Positions 1 to 486 of a stretch of DNA of 486 nucleotides are shown piece after piece. Origin of the DNA: a phage; the sequence record EF517052.1. The stretch is one strand, 5' to 3'. The notes under the pieces are model-generated. The model saw only the letters and a program-made list of their open reading frames with translations, was not told the origin of the DNA and did not search any database. Each line of letters opens with the position of its first letter. Position 1 is the first letter of the stretch. The translations under genes were made by a program, and so were the position numbers.

Positions 1-134
1 CTCGTAAAGAGGCCACACAGTCACGCGCTCTGGCGATTCGCTCCAACGAACTGGCTGACAGTGCATCCACTAAAGTTACCGAGGCTGCTCGTGTGGCAAA
101 CCAAGCTCAACAGCTTTCCAAATTCTTTGAGTAA
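1..134 (+). CDS. 3' end of a small phage protein gene (5'-truncated by the window edge); C-terminal 43 aa RKEATQSRALAIRSNELADSASTKVTEAARVANQAQQLSKFFE; likely T7 gene 4.3-like, function unknown
   Basis: Frame 3 (codons from position 3) is open from the window edge to TAA at 132-134. The composition is Ala/Gln-rich and plausibly helical. The stop lies 19 nt upstream of the next start codon, which matches my recollection of the T7 gene 4.3/4.5 spacing. Identity is from memory of T7 genome organisation, not a search. Confidence 0.6.
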   Translation, partial: RKEATQSRALAIRSNELADSASTKVTEAARVANQAQQLSKFFE

Positions 135-140
135 TCAAAC

Positions 141-146
141 AGGAGA
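141..146 (+). promoter_or_regulatory. Shine-Dalgarno ribosome-binding site (AGGAGA) for the downstream 89-aa CDS
   Basis: AGGAGA at 141-146 lies 7 nt upstream of ATG 154, which is canonical spacing and complementarity to the 16S rRNA 3' end. It sits in the 19-nt gap after the upstream stop. Confidence 0.85.
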
Positions 147-153
147 AACCATT

Positions 154-423
154 ATGTCTAACGTAGCTGAAACTATCCGTCTATCCGATACAGCTGATCA
201 GTGGAACCGTCGAGTCCACATCAACGTTCGCAACGATAAGGCGACTATGGTTTACCGCTGGAAGGACTCTAAGTCCTCTAAAAATCACACTCAGCGTATA
301 ACGTTGACAGATGAGCAAGCACTGCGTCTGGTCAATGCGCTTACCAAAGCTGTCGTGACAGCAATTCATGAAGCTAGTCGCGTCAATGAAGCTATGGCTA
401 TCCTCGACAAGATTGATAACTAA
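154..423 (+). CDS. Small phage protein, 89 aa (MSNVAETIRLSDTADQWNRR...AMAILDKIDN); T7 gp4.5-like, reported Lon protease inhibitor / anti-toxin-antitoxin counter-defence factor
   Basis: ATG at 154 is preceded by a strong SD, and the frame is open to TAA at 421-423 (270 nt). The provided ORF track starts at GTG 61 in the same frame, but that start has no RBS and overlaps the upstream gene's 3' end, so ATG 154 is preferred. The 89-aa length and the position directly upstream of a T7-type promoter match T7 gene 4.5 as I recall it. The functional assignment comes from the literature on T7 gp4.5, not from the sequence. Confidence 0.85.
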   Translation: MSNVAETIRLSDTADQWNRRVHINVRNDKATMVYRWKDSKSSKNHTQRITLTDEQALRLVNALTKAVVTAIHEASRVNEAMAILDKIDN

Positions 424-473
424 GAGTGGTATCCTCAAGGTCGCCAAAGTGGTGGCCTTCATGAATACTATTC
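424..473 (+). other. Interrupted RNA stem-loop in the intergenic region; candidate RNase III processing site (T7 R4.7-like)
   Basis: Lower stem 424-432 (GAGUGGUAU) pairs with 465-473 (AUACUAUUC): 9 bp including 2 G-U pairs. An asymmetric internal loop follows (433-436 / 460-464). Upper stem 437-445 (AAGGUCGCC) pairs with 451-459 (GGUGGCCUU): 9 bp including 2 G-U pairs, with a 5-nt loop at 446-450. A roughly 20-bp helix with an internal bubble is the typical architecture of T7 early/middle RNase III sites. Pairing was done by hand; no folding energy was computed. Confidence 0.5.
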
Positions 474-486
474 GACTCACTATAAG
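468..486 (+). promoter_or_regulatory. T7-RNAP-type phage promoter, class II-like (phi4.7-like), truncated at the window's 3' edge
   Basis: CGACTCACTATA at 473-484 matches positions -12 to -1 of the T7 promoter consensus TAATACGACTCACTATAGGGAGA exactly. The upstream positions -17..-13 read CTATT versus consensus TAATA, three mismatches, which is typical of weaker class II promoters. The predicted +1 is position 485 (A) and +2 is 486 (G); the window ends there, so the initiating region is incomplete. Confidence 0.75.

Noticed and set aside
61-153. N-terminal extension of the 89-aa gene from GTG at 61 (the 120-aa ORF in the provided track)
   Set aside because: There is no Shine-Dalgarno upstream of GTG 61, and the extension overlaps the 3' end of the upstream frame-3 gene. 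ATG 154 has a textbook AGGAGA at 7-nt spacing. Frame 1 is open all the way from position 1, so this openness is probably incidental.
425-453. Short direct repeat AGTGGT at 425-430 and 448-453
   Set aside because: A single 6-mer repeat in a 486-bp window is compatible with chance. Both copies are better explained as parts of the two stems of the intergenic hairpin than as a repeat element or binding-site pair.
424-460. Possible rho-independent terminator after the 89-aa gene (upper stem 437-459)
   Set aside because: The hairpin is not followed by a U/T-rich tract (the downstream sequence is ATGAATACTATTCG), and the stem contains G-U pairs and is only moderately GC-rich. It fits an RNase III-type processing structure better than an intrinsic terminator.
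181-480. 99-aa ORF on the minus strand (MSRIVFMKATTLATL...)
   Set aside because: It lies entirely antisense to the well-supported + strand gene and the intergenic hairpin/promoter. It has no convincing SD upstream of its start on the minus strand (its start would sit inside the promoter region), and T7-like phages code essentially all genes on one strand. Most likely a chance open frame.
1-486. Novel defence/anti-defence system or mobile element in the window
   Set aside because: The window is fully accounted for by two small co-oriented phage genes, an RBS, a processing-type hairpin and a phage promoter, in an arrangement I recognise from T7. There are no repeats, integrase/transposase fragments, CRISPR repeats or unexplained non-coding stretches to support a new system.

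Overview
This 486-bp window reads as a short, densely packed stretch of a T7-like (Autographiviridae/Teseptimavirus-type) phage genome, all coded on the + strand. It holds the 3' end of a small upstream gene (1..134, frame 3), a 19-nt spacer with a strong AGGAGA Shine-Dalgarno, a complete 89-aa small protein gene (154..423), and a 62-nt intergenic tail. That tail carries an interrupted RNA stem-loop (424..473) whose 3' arm runs into a T7-RNAP-type promoter core (CGACTCACTATA, 473..484) cut off by the window edge. From memory, the layout (partial gene, 19-nt gap, 89-aa gene, then hairpin and phage promoter) matches the gene 4.3 / gene 4.5 / R4.7 / phi4.7 region of phage T7. T7 gp4.5 has been reported as a Lon protease inhibitor that counters toxin-antitoxin abortive infection. 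I could not run any search, so the homology assignment is recollection, not a database result. I see no support in the sequence for a previously undescribed system; the most interesting content is the likely anti-defence small protein and the promoter/processing-site overlap. The 99-aa minus-strand ORF is most likely an antisense artefact.
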